From: an uncultured Prevotellaceae bacterium
GTDB lineage: Bacteria > Bacteroidota > Bacteroidia > Bacteroidales > Bacteroidaceae
Length of the DNA stretch: 36,335 bases
Assembly (NCBI GenBank): GCA_900313845.1
Contig: OMTC01000001.1
Coordinates: forward strand, 1 to 36,335
Direction of reading: 5' to 3'
Under the pieces are notes generated by a model. That model did not search any database. It was not told the origin of the DNA and was given only the letters and a program-made list of their open reading frames with translations. Made by a program: the position numbers and the translations under genes. The first letter of the stretch is position 1. Each line of letters opens with the position of its first letter. This document shows positions 17,275 to 26,726 of the stretch, in pieces.

Positions 17275-17406
17275 ATGCAGTACTTCTCCTTTCATGGAAC
17301 TCGTTCTTTCCTTTGATTGAGCTGGTTCCTTCCTTTAATTGAACTGGTACTTTCCTTCGATTGTATTGGTACTTTCCTTTGATTGAACTGGTACTTTCCT
17401 TTGATT
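17275..17406. repeat. Tandem array of 22-bp direct repeats: five clear units plus one degenerate leading unit
   Basis: Head-to-tail units at 17297, 17319, 17341, 17363 and 17385. The consensus is GAACTGGTACTTTCCTTTGATT. Identities to consensus are 20/22, 18/22, 21/22, 20/22 and 22/22. A degenerate copy lies at about 17275-17296. The unit length is not a multiple of 3 and the array is intergenic. Confidence 0.9.
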
Positions 17407-17416
17407 TCACTAAAAT

Positions 17417-17504
17417 GCCGAGCCCTCAACGTTTTTATAGCGAACCTTCGCTATCGCAACGCCGAGCCCTCGCCGTTTCGATGACGAGCCTTCGGCAACT
17501 AGTT
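17417..17504. repeat. Two tandem, diverged 44-bp units, each starting GCCGAGCCCTCnnCGTTT
   Basis: Unit A is 17417-17460 and unit B is 17461-17504. The first 18 nt match 16/18, and about 28 of the first 38 aligned positions match overall. Unit A contains the palindrome ATAGCGAA-CC-TTCGCTAT. The 44-bp period is exactly twice the adjacent 22-bp period. Confidence 0.6.
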
Positions 17505-17601
17505 GAATCCAAAGAATCGGTTCAGTAAAACCACACATGTGTTTCTGACAATCCACTAAGGTGGTTCAGTTAATCCTCAAATAAACTTCACTTCTTCAAA
17601 T

Positions 17602-17640
17602 AAAAAAAACCACACTTCCGAGGGTGGAAATGTGGTTTTT
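17602..17640 (-). terminator. Rho-independent terminator ending the ribosomal superoperon after rplQ; the structure is bidirectional
   Basis: CCACACTTCC (17610-17619) pairs with GGAAATGTGG (17626-17635) as a 10-bp stem with one mismatch and a 6-nt loop. On the minus strand a T8 tract follows the stem. It lies 36 nt past the rplQ stop. Confidence 0.7.
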
Positions 17641-17675
17641 CGAAATACTTATGATAAAAGTAAAAGTGTTTCGGC

Positions 17676-18140
17676 TTATGCTTCTGCTGGTGCTTCTGCA
17701 GCTGGTGCTGCCTCTGCCTTTGGTGCAGAAGACTTGCGAGAACGGCGTGTGCTCTTCTTCTTTTCTGTCTTCAACATGTTCTCATCGAAGTCAACAAGCT
17801 CGATGAATGCCATGTCAGCAGCATCAGAAGGACGCTTACCCAACTTGATAATGCGAGTGTAGCCACCTGGACGGCTTGCTACCTTCTCGGACACAGTGCT
17901 GAAGAGCTCTGTGATGGCATACTTGTTCTGCAAGTAGCTGAAGACTACGCGGCGAGACTCGGTGGTATCAGTCTTTGCCTTTGTGATAAGTGGCTCAACA
18001 TACTTGCGGAGTGCCTTAGCCTTCTGAAGGGTCGTGGTGATACGCTTGTGCATGATCAGAGAAGTTGCCATGTTCGACAACATTGCAGCTCTGTGTGGAG
18101 CCTTGCGACCCAGATGATTGAATTTCTTATTGTGTCTCAT
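17676..18140 (-). CDS. rplQ: 50S ribosomal protein L17, with an Ala/Glu/Lys-rich C-terminal tail
   Basis: Starts [56 protein letters not shown]. It is the last gene, after rpoA. Confidence 0.96.
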   Translation of the reverse strand: MRHNKKFNHLGRKAPHRAAMLSNMATSLIMHKRITTTLQKAKALRKYVEPLITKAKTDTTESRRVVFSYLQNKYAITELFSTVSEKVASRPGGYTRIIKLGKRPSDAADMAFIELVDFDENMLKTEKKKSTRRSRKSSAPKAEAAPAAEAPAEA

Positions 18141-18143
18141 CGT

Positions 18144-19136
18144 TTAATCTTTGTCTAATTTATACTTGGAAATATCAGTTCCGAACGAAAGGTTCAAGCT
18201 CTCAAGCAAGTCGTCAAGCTCTGTGAGTGACTTCTTACCAAAGTTGCGGAACTTGAGCAGATCTGTCTTGTTAAATTGTACCAAATCGCCGAGGGTCTCC
18301 ACGTCGGCTGCCTTCAAGCAGTTGAGGGCACGAACGGAGAGGTCCATATCGACAAGTTTAGTCTTAAGCAACTGGCGCATACGCAATACTTCCTCATCAA
18401 ATTCCTCATTGCCATCGAAGTCGTTGTTCTCGAGAGTGATTTTCTCATCGGAGAACAGCATGAAGTGGTAAATGAGAATCTTGGCTGCCTCTTTGAGGGC
18501 ATCCTTTGGATGAATAGAACCATCGGTAGTGACTTCGATGACGAGTTTCTCGTAGTCGGTCTTCTGCTGCACACGATAGTTCTCCACTGCGAACTTGACG
18601 TTGCGAATAGGTGTGTAGATTGAGTCAATGGCGAGCTGGTTGATTTCGTTGCAGTACTCACGATTCTCGTCTGCAGGAACATAACCACGACCCTTGTTGA
18701 TGGTGAGCTCAATCTCCAATGTTGCTTTTGGATCTAAATGGCAAATAACCAAATCAGGATTTAACACTCCAAATCCATTGAGATACCTGTTGATATCTCC
18801 AGCTTTGAACTCGGTTGAATTCTCGATGGTCATCGAAACCTTTTCAGTCTCGCTATCATCGACGATTTGCTTGAATCGAACTTGCTTCAGATTCAAGATA
18901 ATGTTGGTGACATCTTCTTTCACACCTGGAATGGTGGAAAACTCATGCTCAACACCGGAAATGCGGATGGTGTTGATGGCATAACCCTCGAGAGAAGAAA
19001 GAAGAATGCGGCGAAGAGCGTTTCCGACAGTAATACCGAAGCCAGGTTCCAGGGGACGGAACTCAAACTTGCCGTACTTGTCGTCGGCTTCCAACATTAT
19101 TACTTTTTCTGGTTTTTGAAATGCTAATACCGCCAT
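18144..19136 (-). CDS. rpoA: DNA-directed RNA polymerase alpha subunit
   Basis: 330 aa. Contains [23 protein letters not shown]. The C-terminal domain reads [21 protein letters not shown]. It sits between rpsD and rplQ. Confidence 0.97.
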   Translation of the reverse strand: MAVLAFQKPEKVIMLEADDKYGKFEFRPLEPGFGITVGNALRRILLSSLEGYAINTIRISGVEHEFSTIPGVKEDVTNIILNLKQVRFKQIVDDSETEKVSMTIENSTEFKAGDINRYLNGFGVLNPDLVICHLDPKATLEIELTINKGRGYVPADENREYCNEINQLAIDSIYTPIRNVKFAVENYRVQQKTDYEKLVIEVTTDGSIHPKDALKEAAKILIYHFMLFSDEKITLENNDFDGNEEFDEEVLRMRQLLKTKLVDMDLSVRALNCLKAADVETLGDLVQFNKTDLLKFRNFGKKSLTELDDLLESLNLSFGTDISKYKLDKD

Positions 19137-19145
19137 TGTTAATTT

Positions 19146-19751
19146 TTATTTAGAGTACAACTCGACAATCATCTGTTCTTTGATATTCTCTGGAATGTCT
19201 GCACGCTCTGGCAGGTGCAAGAGCTTACCACCCATCACGTTTTCATCAAACTCAATCCAAGGATACTTGCTGTGGTTGAATCCTGCGAGGGCTGCTGCAA
19301 TGACTTCAAGGGACTTAGCCTTTTCACGAACAGCAACAATCTGACCAGGCTTAACAGAGTAGGAAGGAACGTTCACAACCTGTCCGTCAACTGTGATGTG
19401 CTTGTGGCTTACCAACTGGCGTGCTGCTGCACGGGTTGGAGCAATTCCGAGACGATAAACGACATTGTCAAGACGTGCTTCAAGGAGCTGAAGAAGAACT
19501 TCACCTGTTACACCATCCTTGGAAGCAGCTTTTTCGAACAAGTTGCGGAACTGACGCTCAAGAACTCCGTAAGTGTACTTTGCCTTCTGCTTCTCAGCGA
19601 GCATGAGACCGTACTCAGACTGCTTGCGGCGACGATTGTTTCCGTGCTGTCCTGCTGGATAATTGCGCTTTGAAAGAACCTTGTCTGGGCCGAAAATAGC
19701 CTCACCGAAACGACGGGAGATTCTCGACTTAGGTCCAGTGTATCTAGCCAT
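19146..19751 (-). CDS. rpsD: 30S ribosomal protein S4
   Basis: Starts [21 protein letters not shown] and contains ..[25 protein letters not shown]. 201 aa. Confidence 0.97.
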   Translation of the reverse strand: MARYTGPKSRISRRFGEAIFGPDKVLSKRNYPAGQHGNNRRRKQSEYGLMLAEKQKAKYTYGVLERQFRNLFEKAASKDGVTGEVLLQLLEARLDNVVYRLGIAPTRAAARQLVSHKHITVDGQVVNVPSYSVKPGQIVAVREKAKSLEVIAAALAGFNHSKYPWIEFDENVMGGKLLHLPERADIPENIKEQMIVELYSK

Positions 19752-19864
19752 ATTTCTTTTTGTTGTTTAAAGTGACGCACCCGCTGGTTAGCAGCCGCGA
19801 CTGCAGAAAGGAAAGATGCAGTCCAAAAAATATTTTGAGCGGGCTTGTCGGCAAAAAATAATAA

Positions 19865-20254
19865 TTAAACTCTTCTTCTCTTTGGAGGACGACATCCGTT
19901 GTGTGGAAGTGGAGTAACGTCGATAATCTCTGTTACCTCGATGCCTGCACCGTGTACGCCACGGATAGCTGCTTCACGACCCTGACCAGGACCCTTCACA
20001 TAGGCAACCACTTTGCGGAGACCGAGATCGAAGGCTACCTTTGCACAGTCCGCTGCTGCCTGCTGAGCAGCATAAGGAGTGTTCTTCTTTGAGCCACGGA
20101 AACCCATCTTACCTGCTGAAGACCAAGAAATGGCTTGACCTTCGCTGTTTGCCAAAGTAACAATGATATTGTTGAACGACGAGTGGACATGGAGCTGTCC
20201 CTGTGCGCCAACCTTGACATTTCTCTTCTTTGCAGAAGTTGCTTTCTTTGCCAT
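19865..20254 (-). CDS. rpsK: 30S ribosomal protein S11
   Basis: Contains [43 protein letters not shown]. 129 aa. Confidence 0.97.
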   Translation of the reverse strand: MAKKATSAKKRNVKVGAQGQLHVHSSFNNIIVTLANSEGQAISWSSAGKMGFRGSKKNTPYAAQQAAADCAKVAFDLGLRKVVAYVKGPGQGREAAIRGVHGAGIEVTEIIDVTPLPHNGCRPPKRRRV

Positions 20255-20263
20255 ATACGATTA

Positions 20264-20644
20264 TTATTTAGTAGCTTTTTTCTTATTTGCAACAGTCTTC
20301 TTCTTACCCTTGCGAGTACGAGCGTTGTTCTTCGTGCTCTGTCCGCGTACAGGAAGACCAATACGATGACGGATACCACGATAGCAACCGATATCCATCA
20401 GGCGCTTGATGTTGAGCTGGATTTCGGAACGGAGGTCACCTTCCACCTTGTACTCGGCGCCGATGACTTCACGAATCTTACCTGCCTGCTCGTCAGTCCA
20501 GTCCTTAACTTTAATGTCCTTGTCAACTCCAGCCTTTTCCAAAATCTTGGCTGAGCTACTGCGTCCGATACCAAAAATGTAGGTTAACGCAATTTCACCT
20601 CTCTTGTTCTGTGGGAGGTCTACACCAACAATTCTTATTGCCAT
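20264..20644 (-). CDS. rpsM: 30S ribosomal protein S13
   Basis: Starts [40 protein letters not shown] and contains ..[26 protein letters not shown]. 126 aa. Confidence 0.97.
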   Translation of the reverse strand: MAIRIVGVDLPQNKRGEIALTYIFGIGRSSSAKILEKAGVDKDIKVKDWTDEQAGKIREVIGAEYKVEGDLRSEIQLNIKRLMDIGCYRGIRHRIGLPVRGQSTKNNARTRKGKKKTVANKKKATK

Positions 20645-20674
20645 ATCTTTAGTATATTATTTCTAACACAAGAA

Positions 20675-20791
20675 TTATCCCTGACGAGTCTTGAACTTAG
20701 GGTTCTTCTTATTAATTACAAACAGACGTCCCTTACGTCTTACGATAACGCAATCTGGTGTACGTTTCTTTAATGATGCTCTTGTTTTCAT
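20675..20791 (-). CDS. rpmJ: 50S ribosomal protein L36 (38 aa)
   Basis: The internal ATG at 20791 of track ORF 20675..20914 gives [38 protein letters not shown]. The longer ORF would overlap infA. The position between infA and rpsM is canonical. Confidence 0.93.
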   Translation of the reverse strand: MKTRASLKKRTPDCVIVRRKGRLFVINKKNPKFKTRQG

Positions 20792-20843
20792 TATAAGGAT
20801 TCTTTTTATTGTCTGAAAGAAAAACGAATGTAGAAATGGAGAT

Positions 20844-21062
20844 TTACTTGTAGCGGAATACGATTCTGCCTTTGGAGAGGTCGTAAGGAGACATTTCAAC
20901 TCGGATTTTGTCACCTGGAAGAATCTTAATGTAGTGCATTCTCATCTTGCCAGAGATGTGAGCGATAATCTCGTGACCATTTTCCAATTCTACACGAAAC
21001 ATTGCGTTCGACAATGCTTCAACTATTGTTCCGTCTTGCTCAATTGCTGACTGTTTAGCCAT
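20844..21062 (-). CDS. infA: Translation initiation factor IF-1
   Basis: 72 aa. Sequence: [72 protein letters not shown]. Confidence 0.97.
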   Translation of the reverse strand: MAKQSAIEQDGTIVEALSNAMFRVELENGHEIIAHISGKMRMHYIKILPGDKIRVEMSPYDLSKGRIVFRYK

Positions 21063-21065
21063 AAT

Positions 21066-21863
21066 TTAGATAAATTTGTCTGCTAATACTTTTTCTATCT
21101 CATCGAATGACGAAAGGATGTCGGCCTTTCCTTTTCGGACACACAACGAATGCTCGTAGTGTGCTGCGGGCTTCTTGTCACGAGTGACAATTCCCCATCG
21201 GTCTTCCTGCATGTAGATGTCCTTTGTGCCCATCGTGATCATTGGTTCGATGGCAATGCAAAGTCCACTTTTCAGAAGAATGCCGTTACCACGTCTTCCG
21301 TAGTTTGGCACTTGTGGGTCCTCATGCATCTCATGCCCGACTCCGTGTCCCACAAACTCTCGAACCACTCCGTAGCCTTGTGCCTCACAATGCTGCTGCA
21401 CAGCGTAGGAAATGTCGCCAAGTCGGTGTCCAACAACTGCCTGCTCAATACCCTTGTAGAGGGCCTCCTTGGTGGTCTTGAGCAAGTTCTTCACTTCGGG
21501 AGAAATCTCACCCACAGGGAACGTGTAGCAAGAATCTCCACAGAAGCCGTTCAGGCGGGTTCCGCAATCAATGGAGACGATGTCGCCATCCTGCAGGGGC
21601 ACGTCGTTGGGTATGCCGTGCACCACCTGTTCATTGACTGAAGTACAGATGCTGGCTGGGAACGGACCTCCATAGGGGTTTGGAAACCCCTTGAAGGTTG
21701 GTTCAGCCCCGTTGTCTCGGATGAACTCCTCGGCTACCTTGTCCAATTGCTTGGTGGTAACCCCTGGCTTGATGATCTTCGCCAATTCTGCGAGGGTTCT
21801 GCCAATGAGCAGGTTTGCCTCGCGCAAGAGTTCTACTTCCTCGTCAGTCTTAAGATAGATCAT
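21066..21863 (-). CDS. map: Type I methionine aminopeptidase
   Basis: 265 aa. Metal-site context is present: VVHGIPN..DGDIVSIDCG, FVGHGVGHEMHE and CIAIEPMI. It follows secY. Confidence 0.95.
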   Translation of the reverse strand: MIYLKTDEEVELLREANLLIGRTLAELAKIIKPGVTTKQLDKVAEEFIRDNGAEPTFKGFPNPYGGPFPASICTSVNEQVVHGIPNDVPLQDGDIVSIDCGTRLNGFCGDSCYTFPVGEISPEVKNLLKTTKEALYKGIEQAVVGHRLGDISYAVQQHCEAQGYGVVREFVGHGVGHEMHEDPQVPNYGRRGNGILLKSGLCIAIEPMITMGTKDIYMQEDRWGIVTRDKKPAAHYEHSLCVRKGKADILSSFDEIEKVLADKFI

Positions 21864-21873
21864 CTTTATCTAA

Positions 21874-23241
21874 TCAATAAGCAGCATGAGCACCACGAAC
21901 ACGTCCAGTGTCGAGCAGACCATCATAGTGACGCATGAGGAGGTGGCTCTCAATCTGCTGGAGAGTGTCGAGCACAACACCTACGAGAATCAACAACGAT
22001 GTTCCACCAAAGAACTGAGCGAATTCACGTTGTACACCAAATACATCTGCAAATGCAGGCAGGATTGCAATCAAGGCAAGGAACAAGGAACCTGGCAATG
22101 TGATGCGGTCCATGATCTTGTCGATGAAGTTGGCAGTGTCCTTACCAGGCTTTACACCTGGGATGAAACCATTGTTACGCTTCATGTCCTCTGCCATCTG
22201 GGTTGGATTGATGGTGATGGCTGTATAGAGGTAAGTGAAGAGTATAATCAAAGCTGCGAAAATGAGATTATAAACCCAGCTTGTGTTATCAATGAGCGCA
22301 CTCATGAATGAGTTGAGCTTACCGCCTGTGATGTATCCCGCAACTGTGATTGGGATGAACATGATTGCCTGTGCGAAGATGATAGGCATAACGTTTGCAG
22401 CGTATGGCTTGAGAGGAATGTACTGGCGAGCACCACCATACTGGCGATTACCAACAACACGCTTTGCATACTGCACTGGCACCTTGCGAGTACCCTGAAC
22501 GAGCAGGATAGCAGCTGCAATGACTGCCAAGAACAGGATGATTTCCACCAAGAAGACGATCAAACCGCCCTGACCTGGAGAAGAGAAGCGAGTCGTGAGT
22601 TCCTGAACAAATGCCTGAGGGAAACGTGCGATGATACCAATCATGATGATGAGAGATACACCGTTACCGATACCCTTGTCGGTGATACGTTCACCAAGCC
22701 AAAGAATGAACATGCTACCTGCTGCAAGAATGATAGTGGATGTGATGATGAACACAGTCCAGTCCAAACTTGAGTAGATGGCAGTACCTCCTGTTTGCAT
22801 ACGGAGATTGATGAGGTAAGAAGGAGCCTGGAAGAGCAGAATCACTACAGTCAAGTAACGAGTGTACTGATTCATCTTCCGACGACCACTCTCACCTTCT
22901 CTCTGCATCTTCTGGAAATATGGCACAGCCAAACCCAGCAACTGCATCACGATGGAAGCAGAGATGTATGGCATGATACCAAGCGCGAAGATTGAAGCCT
23001 TAGAGAAAGCACCACCTGAGAACATGTCAAGCAGAGACATCAAACCACCTTCTGTCTGGTTGCGAAGACCCTGAAGAGCGTCGGTGTCAACGCCTGGAAG
23101 TACTACGTACGAACCAAAGCGATATACAGCTACGAAGAACAGGGTGATGAGGAGGCGAGTACGCAAATCCTCAATCTTCCAGATGTTAGACAATGTCTTA
23201 ACCAGCTTGTTATTCTTAAGTTTATCGATTGCTTGTCCCAT
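21874..23241 (-). CDS. secY: Preprotein translocase subunit SecY
   Basis: 455 aa polytopic membrane protein. Motifs: IEDLRTRLLITLFFVAVYRFGSYVVLPG, SIFALGIMPYISASIVMQLL and GNGVSLIIMIGI. Confidence 0.96.
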   Translation of the reverse strand: MGQAIDKLKNNKLVKTLSNIWKIEDLRTRLLITLFFVAVYRFGSYVVLPGVDTDALQGLRNQTEGGLMSLLDMFSGGAFSKASIFALGIMPYISASIVMQLLGLAVPYFQKMQREGESGRRKMNQYTRYLTVVILLFQAPSYLINLRMQTGGTAIYSSLDWTVFIITSTIILAAGSMFILWLGERITDKGIGNGVSLIIMIGIIARFPQAFVQELTTRFSSPGQGGLIVFLVEIILFLAVIAAAILLVQGTRKVPVQYAKRVVGNRQYGGARQYIPLKPYAANVMPIIFAQAIMFIPITVAGYITGGKLNSFMSALIDNTSWVYNLIFAALIILFTYLYTAITINPTQMAEDMKRNNGFIPGVKPGKDTANFIDKIMDRITLPGSLFLALIAILPAFADVFGVQREFAQFFGGTSLLILVGVVLDTLQQIESHLLMRHYDGLLDTGRVRGAHAAY

Positions 23242-23244
23242 TGT

Positions 23245-23691
23245 TTAGAGTTTTACAGCGTTTCCGCCCTTTTCTGTGATTGCAGCCTCAGCAGTCTTTG
23301 AGAATGCATGAGCCTCTACGTCAACTTTTGTGGTAAGTTCACCAGTTCCGAGAATCTTCACAAGCTGGTTCTTGTTGATGAAACCAGCAGCAATGAGTTC
23401 CTCAATGCCCACCTTAGCGAGGTTCTTCTCGTCAACCAACTTCTGGATAACACCCAGGTTGATGGCCTTGTATTCCACACGGTTGATATTCTTGAAACCG
23501 AACTTAGGTACACGGCGCTGGAGTGGCATCTGACCACCCTCGAAACCGATCTTCTTCTTATAACCAGATCTTGCCTTGGCACCCTTGTGTCCGCGAGTGG
23601 AAGTACGACCCTTGCCTGAGCCATAACCACGACCAACACGCTTACTGTTGTGTGTTGAGCCTTCAGCTGGTTTTAAATTATGTAATTCCAT
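23245..23691 (-). CDS. rplO: 50S ribosomal protein L15
   Basis: Starts MELHNLKPAEGSTHNSKRVGRGYGSGKGRTSTRGHKGAKARSG and contains ..FEGGQMPLQRRVPKFGF. 148 aa. Confidence 0.96.
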   Translation of the reverse strand: MELHNLKPAEGSTHNSKRVGRGYGSGKGRTSTRGHKGAKARSGYKKKIGFEGGQMPLQRRVPKFGFKNINRVEYKAINLGVIQKLVDEKNLAKVGIEELIAAGFINKNQLVKILGTGELTTKVDVEAHAFSKTAEAAITEKGGNAVKL

Positions 23692-23737
23692 TTATTACTC
23701 AATTTAAAAGTTTCTTGTTAAAAACGATAACCTCAAA

Positions 23738-23914
23738 TTAGTCGATCACTTCGACAAGGTGCTGCACCTTGCGGATCATACCGCGCAATGAAGGAGTATC
23801 CTCATGCTCAACCACGGAGTTGATTCTGTGCAAGCCAAGAGAATCAAGTGTGCGCTTCTGATCGATAGGACGATTGTTGCGGCTCTTAATCTGCTTAATC
23901 TTTATTGTTGCCAT
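23738..23914 (-). CDS. rpmD: 50S ribosomal protein L30 (58 aa)
   Basis: Missing from the ORF track because it is under 60 aa. Hand translation from ATG 23914 to TAA 23740-23738 gives [58 protein letters not shown]. Its place between rpsE and rplO is canonical. Confidence 0.92.
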   Translation of the reverse strand: MATIKIKQIKSRNNRPIDQKRTLDSLGLHRINSVVEHEDTPSLRGMIRKVQHLVEVID

Positions 23915-23928
23915 GTTGATTTACCTCC

Positions 23929-24438
23929 TTATCCTTTGAATACTTTTGTCAAACTTACACCGCGGTTAGCAGCAATTGTCTTAGGGTCGCGCATGTTGGC
24001 GAGAGCCTCAATAGTTGCCTTCACGAGGTTGTGAGGGTTTGAAGAACCTTTCGACTTAGCAAGCACGTCAGTAATACCAACGCTCTCGAACACAGCACGC
24101 ATAGCACCACCGGCTACCACACCAGTACCAGCAGAAGCAGGCATGATGAGTACACGTGCGCCACCGTACTTAGCGAGTGCCTCGTGAGGAACAGTGCCCT
24201 TGAGAATTGGAACCTTCACAAGATTCTTCTTGGCAGCCTCAACGCCCTTGGCGATTGCTGCAGTAACTTCACCAGCCTTGCCAAGGCCGTAGCCGATGAC
24301 ACCATCACCATTACCTACAACAACAATTGCAGCAAAAGTGAATGTTCTACCACCCTTTGTAACCTTGGTAACACGATTAATAGCAACCAATCGATCCTTC
24401 AGTTCGACGTCGTTTCCTATTTTTACTCTATTAACCAT
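23929..24438 (-). CDS. rpsE: 30S ribosomal protein S5
   Basis: Contains [42 protein letters not shown]. 169 aa. Confidence 0.97.
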   Translation of the reverse strand: MVNRVKIGNDVELKDRLVAINRVTKVTKGGRTFTFAAIVVVGNGDGVIGYGLGKAGEVTAAIAKGVEAAKKNLVKVPILKGTVPHEALAKYGGARVLIMPASAGTGVVAGGAMRAVFESVGITDVLAKSKGSSNPHNLVKATIEALANMRDPKTIAANRGVSLTKVFKG

Positions 24439-24447
24439 AATCTAAAA

Positions 24448-24789
24448 TTAAAATTTAAGTCCAGCGTTACGGGCAGCATCAGCCACCGCTTTAATTCTAC
24501 CATGATAAAGGTAACCGTTACGGTCGAACACCACTGTTGTGATGCCTGCCTCGATTGCCTTCTTAGCAATGAGCTCGCCAACCTTTGAAGCCTGCTCGCT
24601 CTTGTTGCTTGCCTCAAGTCCGAGAGAAGATGCTGCAACGAGTGTCTTCTGCTCTTCGTCGTTAATCACCTGAACGTAAATCTGCTTGTTGCTTCTGAAC
24701 ACAGACATACGAGGACGTTCAGCAGTACCAGATATCTTATTGCGTACTCTATACTTGATTTTAGTACGTCTTTCATTCTTTGTTATCAT
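24448..24789 (-). CDS. rplR: 50S ribosomal protein L18
   Basis: 113 aa. Contains [59 protein letters not shown]. Confidence 0.96.
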   Translation of the reverse strand: MITKNERRTKIKYRVRNKISGTAERPRMSVFRSNKQIYVQVINDEEQKTLVAASSLGLEASNKSEQASKVGELIAKKAIEAGITTVVFDRNGYLYHGRIKAVADAARNAGLKF

Positions 24790-24807
24790 ACTCGTACAAT
24801 AGTTTTA

Positions 24808-25377
24808 TTATTTAGCACTTGCTGACTTACCAGACTTTCTTCTAATCTCTTCGCCCTGGAAGCGGATACCCTTGCCCTTGTATGGCTCAGGCTTACGGAA
24901 TGAGCGAATCTTCGCACATACCATACCAAGCAACTGCTTGTCGCAAGATTCGAGCATGATGAGAGGATCCTGGTTTCTCTCACTCTTGGTTTCCACTTTC
25001 ACTTCCTTAGGAACCTCGAAAACGATAGCGTGAGAGTATCCCAAAGCAAACTCGAGCACATTGCCCTGGTTGCTAACGCGGTAGCCGACACCCACAAGCT
25101 GGAGTGTCTTCTTGTATCCCTCAGATACACCAACAACCATGTTGTTCACGAGGGCACGATACAAACCATGGAAAGCGTGACGCTGCTTTGTGTTGTCAGC
25201 CATCATCTCAGTATTCTCTTCCATTGTCAACTTTCCGTCCTCGATACAAACCTTGATTGCAGGGTTTACATACTGTGAGAGTTCACCCTTAGGACCTTTT
25301 ACAGTTACAATGTCATCCTTATGAGTAACAGTTACTCCAGCAGGAATACTAATAGGTAATTTACCAATTCTAGACAT
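24808..25377 (-). CDS. rplF: 50S ribosomal protein L6
   Basis: Starts MSRIGKLPISIPAGVTVTHKDDIVTVKGPKGELSQ and contains ..LVGVGYRV. 189 aa. Confidence 0.96.
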   Translation of the reverse strand: MSRIGKLPISIPAGVTVTHKDDIVTVKGPKGELSQYVNPAIKVCIEDGKLTMEENTEMMADNTKQRHAFHGLYRALVNNMVVGVSEGYKKTLQLVGVGYRVSNQGNVLEFALGYSHAIVFEVPKEVKVETKSERNQDPLIMLESCDKQLLGMVCAKIRSFRKPEPYKGKGIRFQGEEIRRKSGKSASAK

Positions 25378-25392
25378 TATATATCCTCCTAA

Positions 25393-25788
25393 TTAATATA
25401 CGTAACAAAGGACTTCACCACCAATCTTCAGCTCAGCGGCTTCCTTGTCTGTCATTACACCTTTGGATGTAGATATGATTGCAATACCTAATCCGTTAAT
25501 CACACGTGGCATGTCCTTGTAACCAGTGTACTTACGAAGTCCTGGGCGGGACACACGCTTCAAGCTCTGAATAGCGCTTGTTTTGGTCTCGGCATCGTAC
25601 TTGAGAGCAATCTTGATTGTTCCCTGAGGACCATCCTCAATGAACTTGTAGTTCAGTACGTAGCCCTTGTCGAAGAGAATCTTGGTGATTTCCTTCTTCA
25701 AGTTCGAAGCTGGAATTTCAACGACCTTGTGCTTAGCCATGATCGCGTTTCTCAGTCTCGTCAGATAATCTGCTATTGGATCTGTCAT
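25393..25788 (-). CDS. rpsH: 30S ribosomal protein S8
   Basis: Starts MTDPIADYLTRLRNAIMAKHKVVEIPASNLKKEITKILFDKGYV and contains ..GLGIAIISTSKGVMTDKEA. 131 aa. Confidence 0.97.
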   Translation of the reverse strand: MTDPIADYLTRLRNAIMAKHKVVEIPASNLKKEITKILFDKGYVLNYKFIEDGPQGTIKIALKYDAETKTSAIQSLKRVSRPGLRKYTGYKDMPRVINGLGIAIISTSKGVMTDKEAAELKIGGEVLCYVY

Positions 25789-25861
25789 GATTTTAAATTA
25801 ATCGGGACACCCCGACAATATTTAAATTGTTAATAAAAAAATAAGTTGCATTGTCTGTCTG

Positions 25862-26161
25862 CTACCAGCTTGCCTTCTTCACTCCTGGAATCAAACCTGC
25901 TGAAGCCATTTCACGGAACTGGATACGGGAAATACCGAACTGACGGATATAACCACGTGGACGACCCGTAATCTTGCAGCGGTTGTGGAGACGGATAGGG
26001 TTTGCATTTGCTGGAATGCTCTGGAGCTGGCGAGCTGCCTCGTATGCCTCTTCAGGTTCGCCTGTAGCGACAATCTTCTTGAGAGCTGCACGCTTGGCAG
26101 CATACTTGGCAACGAGCTTAGCGCGCTTCACCTCGCGAGCCTTCATTGATTCTTTAGCCAT
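25862..26161 (-). CDS. rpsN: 30S ribosomal protein S14 (long form, 99 aa)
   Basis: Starts [28 protein letters not shown] and contains ..[43 protein letters not shown]. Confidence 0.96.
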   Translation of the reverse strand: MAKESMKAREVKRAKLVAKYAAKRAALKKIVATGEPEEAYEAARQLQSIPANANPIRLHNRCKITGRPRGYIRQFGISRIQFREMASAGLIPGVKKASW

Positions 26162-26171
26162 ATCTCTCTAA

Positions 26172-26726
26172 TTATTTGTTAGCGTTCTTAAATGGAAGAC
26201 CGAAGGCCTTGAGGAGAGCATAACCTTCCTCGTCAGTGTTAGCAGAAGTCACGAAAGTGATATTCATACCGTTGATTTTGTCAACCTGGTCGATGTTGAT
26301 TTCAGGGAAGATGATCTGCTCCTGAACACCGAGTGTGTAGTTGCCACGTCCGTCGAACTTTGCCTCAATACCCTTGAAGTCGCGGATACGAGGGAGAGAA
26401 ACGCGTACGAGACGCTCAAGGAACTCATACATTCTCTCGCGACGAAGAGTTACCATCACACCGATAGGCATCTTCTTACGAAGACGGAAGTTGGAAATAT
26501 CCTTCTTCGACATGGTTGCTACAGGCTGCTGACCCGTGATCTGGGCAATTTCCTTGATTGCAACCTCAATCATTTTCTTGTCCTGAGTGGCGTCGCCCAA
26601 GCCCTGGTTCACCACAATCTTCTTCAATACAGGAATCTGCATAGGAGAAGAATAGTTGAACTGTTTCATCAATGCTGGAGCAATCTGCTCAGCATATACC
26701 TTCTTAAGATTTGCAGTATTAGCCAT
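26172..26726 (-). CDS. rplE: 50S ribosomal protein L5
   Basis: 184 aa. Contains [42 protein letters not shown]. The start overlaps the rplX stop by 1 nt (TAATG). Confidence 0.96.
   Translation of the reverse strand: MANTANLKKVYAEQIAPALMKQFNYSSPMQIPVLKKIVVNQGLGDATQDKKMIEVAIKEIAQITGQQPVATMSKKDISNFRLRKKMPIGVMVTLRRERMYEFLERLVRVSLPRIRDFKGIEAKFDGRGNYTLGVQEQIIFPEINIDQVDKINGMNITFVTSANTDEEGYALLKAFGLPFKNANK

Noticed and set aside
17275-17504. Possible CRISPR array
   Set aside because: The units are contiguous with no unique spacers, are only 22 bp long, and no cas genes or leader are nearby. This is a plain tandem repeat.
17527-17566. Second terminator-like palindrome (ACACATGTGT; AACCAC...GTGGTT) downstream of the rplQ terminator
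   Set aside because: The stems are short or lack a usable loop, and there is no adjacent U-tract. This is not convincing as an independent element.
1-17675. Accessory block as a mobile element or genomic island
   Set aside because: I see no integrase, transposase, tRNA target, inverted terminal repeats or flanking direct repeats in the window. The only hint is the repeat array at the junction, which is reported separately.
20035-20379. 114-aa minus-strand ORF spanning the rpsM/rpsK boundary, and other out-of-frame ORFs inside ribosomal genes (e.g. 18314..18712, 23358..23639, 27991..28278)
   Set aside because: They sit in alternative frames of highly conserved ribosomal genes. Their Arg/Ser-rich products are typical of frame-shifted translations.
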